A DNA stretch of 32,068 nt from Thermomicrobium sp. (GTDB lineage: Bacteria > Chloroflexota > Chloroflexia > Thermomicrobiales > Thermomicrobiaceae). Below the pieces are notes generated by a model. That model did no database searches, had not been told where the DNA came from, and saw only the letters and a list, made by a program, of their open reading frames with translations. Below, in pieces: positions 17,924 to 27,031 of this stretch. Both the position numbers and the translations under genes were made by a program. The stretch covers positions 1 to 32,068 of the forward strand of contig JBEPZP010000001.1 of the NCBI GenBank assembly GCA_041640735.1, read 5' to 3'. Every line of letters begins with the position of its first letter. The stretch's first letter is position 1.

Positions 17924-19182
17924 GAGCTCACCGCGCCGGAGACTGGTCCAGCACTCGTATAGATGACGGCGCAGGGCTGTGGTGCCACACGGACAGGTAA
18001 CACGACGAGCGCAGCCGCTAGACCAGCGATGGCCGAGACGACGAGCGACCAGGTGTAGTCACCCGTCCAGTCGAACAACACGCCTCCCACCGCTGAGCCG
18101 ACAGCGGTACCGATCGGCATGACCGCGAAGAGCAACCCGAAGATCGTCCCGAGTCTCCGTTGCCCGTAGAGTGCCGCGCACAGCGAAGACGTCAGTGGGG
18201 TGGTAGCGCTCCAGGAGAAACCGATGACGAACGCAGCCAGCAGCAATCCAGCCGCAGTGTCACTGAGCAGCAGCAACAGGACGAAGCCGAGACCGCGGAG
18301 CGCGTAGACGACCGACAACGGGAGTGTCGTTCCGCTCCGATCGAGCCACCAGCCGGTCGCGAACGCGCCGACGATGCTGGCCCACCCGGTCAGGGACAAC
18401 CCGGTCGCCGCCAGGGTGTGACTGGCGCCGAGGCGCGTCGTGTAGTCGACGAAATAGGTCATGACCCAACCCATCGTGAAGCCGCACACGAAGAATCCGA
18501 AAGCGAATCGCCACCAGGCAGCGGTTCGGAGCGCCTCACGTGCGCTGCAGCCGCTGCTGCTGCTCTCCTGCCGCTGCGCTCGCCCTCGTTGACGGAGGAG
18601 CCAAAAGGCGACAGGTGCCAGGCCGAGAAGTGCTAGGCCCAGTGCAGCGAACGCCTCTCGCCAGCCGAGCGCTGCCACGAGCAGTGCGAGCAGCGGAACC
18701 ACGAGCGCTTGTCCAGCCGGGTTGACCGTCGCCGTGAGCGATAGGGCAGTCGTACGACCGCGCTCGAACCATGCAGCCACGACAGGCGTGAGCAAAGTAG
18801 GAGAGACCGTCGCGAGACCGATCCCGGAAAGTACCCCGAGGCCAACGGTCAACAAGACGATGTCCGAGGCTTGGCTACCGACGAGTAGGCCGAATCCGAG
18901 ACACACCAGTCCGCCGAACGCCACCACCCGCGCCGACAGCGTATCGACCAGCCAACCGACGAGCGGCTGTGCGAATCCGACGATGAGTACGCTCAGCGAG
19001 ACGACGGAACCGAGCTCGGCATGCGAGACTCCGAGATCGCTTTGGATGTCGGGAAAGACGAGGCCGATGAGGAAACGCCCCCCTGCAGCCGTTGCCATGA
19101 TGGCAGCGACCGAGAGGAGTGCGAACCAGGCAGCGCGTTGCGACCGAGTCGCCGATTCTCTGGAGGTCACCGCTCCCAACAC
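17920..19182 (-). CDS. MFS transporter (OFA/MCT-like)
   Basis: About 12 TM segments, 'GWLVDTLSAR', 'WFERGRTTAL', 'FFVCGFT', 'GGVLFDWTGDY'. Exact start uncertain (19182 or 19170). Stop overlaps the DUF1624 start (GTGA). Confidence 0.88.
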   Translation of the reverse strand: MLGAVTSRESATRSQRAAWFALLSVAAIMATAAGGRFLIGLVFPDIQSDLGVSHAELGSVVSLSVLIVGFAQPLVGWLVDTLSARVVAFGGLVCLGFGLLVGSQASDIVLLTVGLGVLSGIGLATVSPTLLTPVVAAWFERGRTTALSLTATVNPAGQALVVPLLALLVAALGWREAFAALGLALLGLAPVAFWLLRQRGRAQRQESSSSGCSAREALRTAAWWRFAFGFFVCGFTMGWVMTYFVDYTTRLGASHTLAATGLSLTGWASIVGAFATGWWLDRSGTTLPLSVVYALRGLGFVLLLLLSDTAAGLLLAAFVIGFSWSATTPLTSSLCAALYGQRRLGTIFGLLFAVMPIGTAVGSAVGGVLFDWTGDYTWSLVVSAIAGLAAALVVLPVRVAPQPCAVIYTSAGPVSGAVSS

Positions 19183-19334
19183 CTCCGCGTACCGGCTAGC
19201 CGTTAACGGTACGGCTCCAGGTGAACACGGTCAACTCCTGCGCCTACTGCCGTCGCACAACCACTGACCACCGGGGATTTGCAGCAGACTGGCGCTGATG
19301 GTAGCTTATACCGAGGGAACAAGCGAGCACCGCA

Positions 19335-19590
19335 AGGGCGACGACGGAAGCCAGTAGGTCACGAGCCGCCCTCAGCGAGTCCGGGACGGTGCGAGCCGGA
19401 CGGGATCGTCGTGACCGAAGATCCTTCTCGAGCTGCTGCCCGAACCGGCGCCGGTGCGCCGTAGTAGTCGCAGCCGGGTGCTGCCCGTTACCGCAGCGGA
19501 GAGTGGGTGCGGAGCTCTCGCGACTCCGCACCAACTGAGGTGGTACCGCGGGTAGACCCCCGCCCTCAGGTGAGGGCGGGGGTTTTGGTT
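19335..19590 (+). promoter_or_regulatory. T-box riboswitch (Ile specifier AUC) controlling ileS by attenuation
   Basis: Stem I with AGTA, AGCGA and GGTGCGA elements. Specifier loop GAAG-ATC (ATC at 19421-19423). Stem III GTGCGGAG/CTCCGCAC. T-box AACTGAGG-TGGTACC-GCGG (TGGTACC at 19541-19547), then a terminator. Confidence 0.92.
19556..19590 (+). terminator. Intrinsic terminator of the T-box leader
   Basis: ACCCCCGCCCTCA / TGAGGGCGGGGGT stem followed by TTTGGTT. The 5' arm is shared with the antiterminator. Confidence 0.88.
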
Positions 19591-19651
19591 ACGAGGACGG
19601 GAAAGAGACAGGACAGCCAGGACATCCGAGGGACGCACGGAGGTGCGCGAC

Positions 19652-22600
19652 ATGTTCGATCCAGTCCCGACCAAGGACGTCGACTTTCCAGCGCTCGAGC
19701 GAGCGATCCTCCGCTGGTGGTACGATCACGGCATCGTGCAAAAGTACCTCACACGCAATGCCCACAGCGAAAAGCGCTATTCCTTCATGGATGGGCCCAT
19801 CACCGCCAACAACCCTATGGGCGTCCACCACGCTTGGGGCCGCACCTACAAGGACTTCTACCAGCGCTTCTACACGATGCTCGGCTACCGCCAGCGCTAT
19901 CAAAACGGCTTCGACTGCCAGGGGCTATGGGTCGAAGTCGAGGTGGAGCGTGAACTGGGGTTCACCTCCAAGCGTGACATCGAAGCCTACGGTATCGACC
20001 GCTTCGTGGAAAAGTGCAAGGAGCGCGTCTTTACCTACTCCGCCATCCAGACCGAACAGTCGAAGCGGCTCGGCTATTTCATGGACTGGGACAATTCGTA
20101 CTACACGTTGTCCGACGAGAACAACTACGCGATCTGGCACTTCCTCAAGGTCTGTCACCAGAACGGCTGGATCTACCACGGCTTCGACGTCATGCCCTGG
20201 TGCCCACGCTGCGCGACCGGACTCTCGGAAATGGAAGTCAGCGAGGGATACAAGGAAATCACGCACCTGAGCTTGTACGTCCGTTTCCCCCTCGAGGGGC
20301 GCGAGCGCGAATCGCTCCTGGTCTGGACGACCACGCCCTGGACGTTGACTGCGAACGTCGCCGCGGCTGTCCACCCCGACCTGACGTACGTCCGTCTGCG
20401 CCAAGGCGAGGAGGTGCTGATCCTCGCGGAAGAGGCTGCTCGGCAGGCGCTGCGCGGGCCTTACGAAGTCCTCCAATACCTCAAGGGGAGCGATCTGGTC
20501 GGACTCCGCTACCGCGGGCCCTTCGACCATTTGCCCGTCAACACGAAGGTCGAGCACCGTGTCATCCCCTGGGATGCGGTCGACCCCAGCGAGGGGACTG
20601 GCATCGTGCACATCGCGCCCGGGTGCGGTCGCGAGGACTACCAGTTGAGCAAGGAACACCAGCTCCAGGTCATCGCGCCGCTGACCGAGGACGGATATTA
20701 CGTCGATGGCTTCGACTGGCTGACCGGGAAGCATGTCCATACCGTAGCGGAACCGATCGCTGAGGACCTCGAGCAACGGGGACTGCTCTATCGTCGCGAA
20801 CCCTATCTGCACCGCTATCCCACCTGCTGGCGGTGCGGCACCGAGCTCGTGTTCCGCCTGGTCGACGAATGGTTCATCGCTGTCGATCCCTGGCGCGAGA
20901 AGGTGATGGAAGCCGCTCGTCAAGTGCGCTGGATCCCGGAGTTCGGCCTCGAGCGCGAGCTCGACTGGCTACGCAACATGGACGACTGGATGATCTCCAA
21001 GAAGCGCTACTGGGGGCTCGCGCTCCCCATCTGGCAGTGCGCCGAGTGTGGCTGGTTCGACGTCATCGGGAGCGAGCGAGAACTCCGCGAACGGGCGATC
21101 GCTGGCTGGGAAGAGTTCGCTGGGCACACGCCCCATCGCCCATGGATCGACGCCGTCAAGATTCGCTGTGAGCAGTGCGGGGCAGTGGCGAGCCGTATTC
21201 CGGACGTCGGCAACCCTTGGCTAGACGCCGGTATCGTCCCCTTCTCGACGCTCCGCTACCGGCATGATCCGGCCTACTGGCAGGAGTGGTTCCCGGTCGA
21301 CTTCATCACCGAGTCGTTCCCCGGCCAATTCCGCAACTGGTTCTACTCGCTGCTTGCCCAGAGCACCGTGTTGACGGGCCAAGCTCCTATGAAGACCTGC
21401 CTCGGCTTCGCGCTTCTCCGCGACGAGAAGGGCGAAGAGATGCACAAGAGCAAGGGGAACGCCATCTGGTTCGACGAGGCGGCCGAGCGGGCCGGCGTCG
21501 ACGTGATGCGTTGGCTCTACCTCAAGCACAATCCGGCACAAAACCTGAACTTCGGGTGGCGCTTGCTCGACGAAGTGCGGCGCACCTTCCTCCTGCCGCT
21601 GTGGAACTCCTACGCCTTCTTCGCCAACTACGCTCGACTCGACGGCTTCGATCCGCGCCAGCACGACGTCCCGCTCGCACAGCGCACGTTGCTCGACCGC
21701 TGGATCCTGGCACGGTTGCAGCAGGTGATCGCGACCGTGCGCGATCGCATCCAGGATTACGATTCGATGAACGCAGCCCGCGCGCTACAAGAGTTCGTCG
21801 TCGAGGACCTGTCCAACTGGTACATCCGGCGGAATCGGCGACGATTCTGGAAGACGGAGAGCGATCAGGACAAGGCGGCGGCCTACCTGACGCTCTACGA
21901 AGTGCTCGTCACGCTGGCCAAGCTGCTCGCACCCTTCATTCCGTTCACGACCGAACTCATGTACCAGAACCTGGTGCGCCGCGTCGATCCCGATGCCCCC
22001 GAATCGGTGCACCTCACCGACTATCCGGAAGCTGACGCGAGCAAGGTGGACCAGCAATTGATCGACGACACTAACTGGCTGCTGCGGGCGGTCGAACTCG
22101 GACGCGCCGCGCGCAACAAGGCAGCCGTCAAAGTCCGGCAGCCGCTGCCGAGGGCAGTCGTTGCCACCCGGAACGCCGCAGCGCGCCGCGCTGTCGAGCG
22201 CTTGCTCGACCAGTTCATGGACGAACTCAACGTCAAAGAGGTCGAGTTCAGCGATCGCCCGGAGGAATACCTCACCTACCGTGTCAAGCCGAATCTCCCG
22301 CTGCTCGGCCCACGCCTCGGCCCACGACTCTCGGCTCTCCAACGTGTCCTGGCTGAGCTCGACCAGAACCAGCTGGCACGGAAGCTCCGCGCTGGTCAGC
22401 CCGTGACGCTGCAGGTTGACGGTGAGGAACTCGAATTCGGCCCGGACGACTTCCTCGTCGAGTCGGAGGATCGACCAGGCTTCGCCGCCTTCGAGGACCG
22501 TGACCTGCTCGTCGCCGTCGACCTCACGCTCACGCCGGAGCTCAAGCTCGAGGGGCTGGCGCGCGACTTCGTGCGCGGTGTCCAGGAGGCACGCAAGAAC

Positions 22601-22831
22601 GCTGGGTTCGAAATCGACGACACGATCGCCGTGGTGTTCCGTGCTTCGCCGGAGGTGACGCTGGCGGTCGAGCGGTTCGCTGACTACATCAAGCACGAGA
22701 CCTTGGCGATCGACCTCCGCCCCGGGGAACCCGAACGGGAAGACGGACACGTGGAGGAAGTGCGCGTCGGCCGCGAACGGTTCGTCGTTGCGCTCCGGCG
22801 CGTCGGCCGACTCGCCGAGACGCGCCGGTGA
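19652..22831 (+). CDS. ileS: Isoleucine--tRNA ligase, type 2
   Basis: 'DGPITAN', 'GFDCQGLWVE', 'VWTTTPWTL', 'GTGIVHIAP', 'DWMISKKRYWG', 'LSNWYIRRNRRRFW', 'KVRQPL', 'EGLARDFVRGVQEARK' (IleRS2-type C-terminus). Ile T-box upstream; ATG 19652 after GGAGG. Confidence 0.97.
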   Translation: MFDPVPTKDVDFPALERAILRWWYDHGIVQKYLTRNAHSEKRYSFMDGPITANNPMGVHHAWGRTYKDFYQRFYTMLGYRQRYQNGFDCQGLWVEVEVERELGFTSKRDIEAYGIDRFVEKCKERVFTYSAIQTEQSKRLGYFMDWDNSYYTLSDENNYAIWHFLKVCHQNGWIYHGFDVMPWCPRCATGLSEMEVSEGYKEITHLSLYVRFPLEGRERESLLVWTTTPWTLTANVAAAVHPDLTYVRLRQGEEVLILAEEAARQALRGPYEVLQYLKGSDLVGLRYRGPFDHLPVNTKVEHRVIPWDAVDPSEGTGIVHIAPGCGREDYQLSKEHQLQVIAPLTEDGYYVDGFDWLTGKHVHTVAEPIAEDLEQRGLLYRREPYLHRYPTCWRCGTELVFRLVDEWFIAVDPWREKVMEAARQVRWIPEFGLERELDWLRNMDDWMISKKRYWGLALPIWQCAECGWFDVIGSERELRERAIAGWEEFAGHTPHRPWIDAVKIRCEQCGAVASRIPDVGNPWLDAGIVPFSTLRYRHDPAYWQEWFPVDFITESFPGQFRNWFYSLLAQSTVLTGQAPMKTCLGFALLRDEKGEEMHKSKGNAIWFDEAAERAGVDVMRWLYLKHNPAQNLNFGWRLLDEVRRTFLLPLWNSYAFFANYARLDGFDPRQHDVPLAQRTLLDRWILARLQQVIATVRDRIQDYDSMNAARALQEFVVEDLSNWYIRRNRRRFWKTESDQDKAAAYLTLYEVLVTLAKLLAPFIPFTTELMYQNLVRRVDPDAPESVHLTDYPEADASKVDQQLIDDTNWLLRAVELGRAARNKAAVKVRQPLPRAVVATRNAAARRAVERLLDQFMDELNVKEVEFSDRPEEYLTYRVKPNLPLLGPRLGPRLSALQRVLAELDQNQLARKLRAGQPVTLQVDGEELEFGPDDFLVESEDRPGFAAFEDRDLLVAVDLTLTPELKLEGLARDFVRGVQEARKNAGFEIDDTIAVVFRASPEVTLAVERFADYIKHETLAIDLRPGEPEREDGHVEEVRVGRERFVVALRRVGRLAETRR

Positions 22832-22898
22832 CGCTCCATATGTCGCCATGTCGCCTGGCGCATTCGATGATTCCCGGTTCCGACCGGAGGACGAGGTG

Positions 22899-23606
22899 AT
22901 GCTTCCCGGTTGGGACCGGGAACGCCTAGGCCCCTTGCGGGAACGCCGCGTGGTCCTCCCGCGGAGTGGCCAGACCTTTCGCATTCTGCAACCCGGCGAC
23001 ATCGACCGCCTGCTCGACCTGGCTGAGCACGACCCCGAGGAACAGTTGCCGTACTGGGCCGAGTTGTGGCCGAGTGGGCTTGCATTGGCAGACGCGGTGC
23101 TCCTCGATCCAGCGGCACTAGCGGGGGCAGAAGTGCTGGAACTCGGCTGCGGCCTGGGTGTAACCGCCGCCAGCGCACTCCTGGCCGGAGCACGGCTCCT
23201 GGCCACCGACTACAGCGAGGAAGCGCTGTTGTTGACTCGCTGGAATTGCCAGCGCAATGTCGGGCGGGAACCGGATGTCCTGCGATTCAATTGGCGGAAA
23301 CCGGGTGAGGAGTTCTTCGCTCGACTCGGTCCCACCGGCGTCCCCGTGATTCTCGCTGCCGATGTCCTCTACGAAGGACGGGACGTCGAACCACTGCTTG
23401 CGCTGATCAGCCGCATTCTCAGACCGGGCGGAACACTCTGGCTCGCTGAACCCGGTCGTCACACAGCCGCACAGTTCGTCGAACGGCTCCGAAGCGCCGG
23501 ATGGCACGACGACACTGAAACATGGAACGGCCCTTGGCCTGACGCGAACGACACTCGCGTCACCGTCACAGTCCATCGTCTGAAGCGCCCCACCGGACCC
23601 CAGTAA
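22899..23606 (+). CDS. Class I SAM-dependent methyltransferase (Methyltransf_16 / protein-lysine MTase-like)
   Basis: 'PYWAELWPSGLALA', motif I 'VLELGCGLG', 'ATDY', 'ILAADVLYE'. Start uncertain (22848, 22896 or 22899). Confidence 0.82.
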   Translation: MLPGWDRERLGPLRERRVVLPRSGQTFRILQPGDIDRLLDLAEHDPEEQLPYWAELWPSGLALADAVLLDPAALAGAEVLELGCGLGVTAASALLAGARLLATDYSEEALLLTRWNCQRNVGREPDVLRFNWRKPGEEFFARLGPTGVPVILAADVLYEGRDVEPLLALISRILRPGGTLWLAEPGRHTAAQFVERLRSAGWHDDTETWNGPWPDANDTRVTVTVHRLKRPTGPQ

Positions 23607-23801
23607 ATGCACAGGCCAGTGCCGCTCCCGACATCGTTCGAACTGACCGATGGTTCTCCTACGGTCATTCTCGGTATGAGTCGCCGGCGGTGCTCACTCC
23701 TCCTACCAGAGAACGTTGTACGGCGACGAGCGGCCATCAGCAGAGTGCTTTCGCGGGTCGGACAGCTGTGCTACCCTGCAGGCGCGACGAGGAGGGTCAC
23801 G

Positions 23802-24803
23802 GTGCAGCGGATCGATTGCCACACCCACTTCTACCCGTCTCGGTATCTCGCTGCGTTGGAACGCTGGAGCGACCAAACTGAGGTGCGGCGCGACACCTCA
23901 GGCAACCTGGTACTCGCGTATACGGGCGACTACAACGTCCTGGCGCCGGCGCATCACTCGCTGGAAGCGCGCCTCGCCGATATGGAGCGGGCCGGTATCG
24001 ATTTCGCCATCCTCTCGCTGACCACACCCGGCGTACACGTCGAGCGCCCCGAACGAGGTATCGAGCTCGCGCGCCTCGTCAACGACGAGTTCGCTGAAAT
24101 CCAGAGGGAGTATCCCGATCGGTTCCGCTGCCTCGCTACGCTGCCCCTGCAAACACCCGAGGCAGCAGCGAGAGAACTCGAGCGAGCCGTCGGCGAACTC
24201 GGTCTCGTCGGCGCCATGGTCTTCTCCAATGTCAACGGCAAACCGATCGATCTCCCCGAGTTCTGGCCGATCTACGAAGCGGTCGAAGCACTGCAGGTAC
24301 CACTCGTGGTACACCCGACCTCGCCGCCGTTCGCTGACTATCTCGCGGAGTACCGTCTGGTCGCCCTGCTCGGCTTCGCCTACGACACGACGCTGGTCGC
24401 CGTCCGCATGGTGCTCGGCGGTGTACTCGACCGCTTTCCCCGACTCACCCTCGTTCAGACTCACCTCGGCGGTGTGCTCCCGTACCTCGCCGAGCGCGTC
24501 CAGCGTGGCTATCGGGCCTACCCGGAGCTGCGTGGTCGCCTACAGCGTGATCCCATGGACTACTTCCGCGAGATGTACCTCGACACCGTCCTCTTCGATC
24601 CAGCCTGCTTGCTCCTCGGGTGCGCCTTCGTCGGTGAAGACCGGCTCCTCCTCGGCAGCGACCACCCCCACCAGGTCGGCGACATCGAGCGAGCACCGCG
24701 CGTGATCGAAGAACTCCCGCTGGCACCCCGAACGAAGCGTAAGATTCTCGCAGAGAACGCGCGCCGTCTCTACCGGCTCGGAGACGGGCTCGGCACGTCA
24801 TGA
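23802..24803 (+). CDS. Amidohydrolase_2 family protein (ACMSD/decarboxylase-like)
   Basis: 'IDCHTHF', 'NDEFAE', 'VVHP', 'HLGGVLPYL', 'LGSDHPH', 'ILAENARRL'. GTG 23802 after AGGAGG. Confidence 0.88.
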   Translation: MQRIDCHTHFYPSRYLAALERWSDQTEVRRDTSGNLVLAYTGDYNVLAPAHHSLEARLADMERAGIDFAILSLTTPGVHVERPERGIELARLVNDEFAEIQREYPDRFRCLATLPLQTPEAAARELERAVGELGLVGAMVFSNVNGKPIDLPEFWPIYEAVEALQVPLVVHPTSPPFADYLAEYRLVALLGFAYDTTLVAVRMVLGGVLDRFPRLTLVQTHLGGVLPYLAERVQRGYRAYPELRGRLQRDPMDYFREMYLDTVLFDPACLLLGCAFVGEDRLLLGSDHPHQVGDIERAPRVIEELPLAPRTKRKILAENARRLYRLGDGLGTS

Positions 24804-25981
24804 CGGCCACACTCCTCGTCCTCCAGAGCGGCGGTCCGACCGCTGTCGTCAATGCGACGCTGGCTGGCGTCATCCAACGAGCGCGCACGCTCGGTTTCCC
24901 GCGAGTGCTCGGCGCGCGCCGCGGCGTCCGCGGCCTCCTGGAGGGGGATCTGATCGATCTCTCCGACCTTTCGAGTGCGCAACTGGATCGGCTTGCCCGC
25001 ACCCCTGGAGCTGCGCTCGGCACTTCGCGGGAGCGACTAGACGAGCAGTCGGCGCTCCGTGTGGTGCACACGCTCCAGCAGCGCGGTATCGCAGCGGTGA
25101 TCCCGATCGGTGGAAACGACAGTGCGGCGAACGCATCGGTGTTGCACCGTAGTGCCCGTGCAGCCGACTACGACCTCGCGCTCGTGCATGCGCCCAAGAC
25201 GATCGACAACGACCTGCCCGAGACCGACCATTCGCCCGGTTATCCGTCGGCAGCCCGCTTTCTGGCTCTCGCTACCCGCGGACTGCTCGTCGATTCCTGG
25301 TCGGTGCGCGAACTCTATGCCTGCACGATCCTCGAAGTGCAAGGCCGAAACGCCGGTTGGCTCGCCGCTGCTTGCGCGGCGGTACCTCCCGCCGGACTCG
25401 AAGAACACCTCGTCTTGCTCTTGCCTGAGCGCCCACCGGATAGGTTGGACGCCTTGGTGGAGGAGCTGGTCACGACGATCGACCGCCGCGGTTGGATCCT
25501 CGTGGTGGTACCCGAGACGCTCCGCGACCGGAGTGGTCGGCCACTGAGCGGAACGATCGCGCGGTGGGTCGATCCGCACGGGCACATGTATCCACCCAGC
25601 CCAGCGGAAACGCTGGCGACAGCACTCGAGACGCAGGCAGGTACGCGCACCCGCGTCGTGCGACCGAATGCCGTCGCTCGCTCGCTCACCGCGCTGACCA
25701 GTCCCCTCGACCAGCAGGAGGCCTGGGAGATCGGGACGGTCGCCGTCGACTGGATCCGAGACGGCCACCACAACGTCATGGTAGGACTACGGCGTCTCAG
25801 CGATGACCCGTATCGTGTCGAATACCGAGCTGTCCCCCTCTCGGCAGTCGCCGGGCAGGAACGGCCCCTCGCCGATGTGTACATCGGCGCAGACGGGCGG
25901 AGCGTGAGTCCTGCCTTCCGGCGCTATCTGCTCCCGCTGATCGGGCCGCTCGACACAGCAGATGAACCATTTCTCTTGTAG
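24800..25981 (+). CDS. Phosphofructokinase, PPi-dependent type
   Basis: 'QSGGPTAVVNATLAG', 'PGAALGTSR', 'IGGNDS', 'PKTIDNDL', 'HSPGYPSAA', 'GRNAGWLAA'. Confidence 0.85.
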   Translation: MTATLLVLQSGGPTAVVNATLAGVIQRARTLGFPRVLGARRGVRGLLEGDLIDLSDLSSAQLDRLARTPGAALGTSRERLDEQSALRVVHTLQQRGIAAVIPIGGNDSAANASVLHRSARAADYDLALVHAPKTIDNDLPETDHSPGYPSAARFLALATRGLLVDSWSVRELYACTILEVQGRNAGWLAAACAAVPPAGLEEHLVLLLPERPPDRLDALVEELVTTIDRRGWILVVVPETLRDRSGRPLSGTIARWVDPHGHMYPPSPAETLATALETQAGTRTRVVRPNAVARSLTALTSPLDQQEAWEIGTVAVDWIRDGHHNVMVGLRRLSDDPYRVEYRAVPLSAVAGQERPLADVYIGADGRSVSPAFRRYLLPLIGPLDTADEPFLL

Positions 25982-26006
25982 GTGGTCTACAAAAGCCATC
26001 GAGCGC

Positions 26007-26300
26007 TCAGATTACCACGTACCCTTCAGCGTCACGTTCGAGGAGGCGTCGCGCGTAGCGCTCCAGGTCGGGCAGGCGAGGTAATAGCTCCGCGAACAAG
26101 CGTTCGTTGAAAGCATTGTGCGCCTGCCGACTCGCCCAACGCTCTACCCAGACATAGCGTCGATCCTCCTCGAGGCGCACCAGTTCCGACGAGAGGCAGC
26201 CCTCCGCTTCGCGCGCTGCTGCGATGAGGACACGAAAAGCGCTTTCGAATTCCGGCTGCATCCCTTCTTCGACCTCAAAAAAGCTCAGATCCACGAACAT
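26007..26300 (-). CDS. Antibiotic biosynthesis monooxygenase (ABM) domain protein
   Basis: 'FEVEEGMQPEFESAF', 'AEGCLSSELVR', 'YVWVERWASRQAH'. ATG 26300 after GGAGG. Confidence 0.82.
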   Translation of the reverse strand: MFVDLSFFEVEEGMQPEFESAFRVLIAAAREAEGCLSSELVRLEEDRRYVWVERWASRQAHNAFNERLFAELLPRLPDLERYARRLLERDAEGYVVI

Positions 26301-26614
26301 CGGATACCTCCATCCGCAGTGCGTCATCGATCCTCCAGTGTCGCCGTCGACACCGTCAAGGCAGACGCAGTCGATCGGTACTCCCTGGTCGCACCTGGTC
26401 GCCTCACGAGCGCGAACCAACTGCTCCCATGGCCACGCCACCGAGTGACAGACCGCGAGGCCGTCGCTCTCCGGGACATGGCCGTTCACCGTCCCCCCGA
26501 GGCCACCGGCGAAAGGTTCCCATGCGCTCCATGCCAGCCTCGAGACCACGTCTGGCACCGGCTAGGTACACTTTCACGTGACGTGGCGGCGAGCCTGGCC
26601 GCCGGGAGCACAGC

Positions 26615-26974
26615 ATGCACCGATTCCTCTCGACGGGCCTCGCGCTCTGGCTCGTCCTCGTAACTTGTGTAAGCCTCGCTCTCTTCCCCACGCAGTGCAC
26701 CTGTGGAGCAGCAGAACCACATCCGCACAGCCTCTTCACGCTCCCAGGACATCACCACGGAACGCACCACCACCCACCAGCCTCTACGGACACAGCGGAA
26801 GGCATCTCGGTCAGCGTCCCGACGCAGAACTCGCTCTCTACCAGCGTGATCCTCCAGGCACCGACGCTGGATCCGCCGCTACTGCCAGAACAACCCCGTC
26901 GCATGATACGCGAGGACCCTGCACGACCGCTCGGCCAGTCTCCGAGTCCCGATCCTCCACCGCCGCGACCGTGA
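26615..26974 (+). CDS. Small exported Cys/His-rich protein with C-terminal poly-Pro; putative CutF/CruR(DUF2946)-like regulatory leader
   Basis: GGGAG RBS, hydrophobic N-terminus, 'QCTCG', 'EPHPH', 'GHHHGTHHH', ends 'PSPDPPPPRP*'. TACACT -10-like element at 26567-26572. Confidence 0.65.
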   Translation: MHRFLSTGLALWLVLVTCVSLALFPTQCTCGAAEPHPHSLFTLPGHHHGTHHHPPASTDTAEGISVSVPTQNSLSTSVILQAPTLDPPLLPEQPRRMIREDPARPLGQSPSPDPPPPRP

Positions 26975-27031
26975 ACGCCGCCCTCGAGGTCCGTCCTTGT
27001 CCAAACCTCGTGCGCGGAGGGAGGTATTGCC

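Noticed and set aside
26574-26581. TCACGTGA palindrome just after the putative -10 of the copper operon
   Set aside because: An 8-bp palindrome is expected by chance in 32 kb, and it does not resemble the CsoR, CopY or CueR operators I know.
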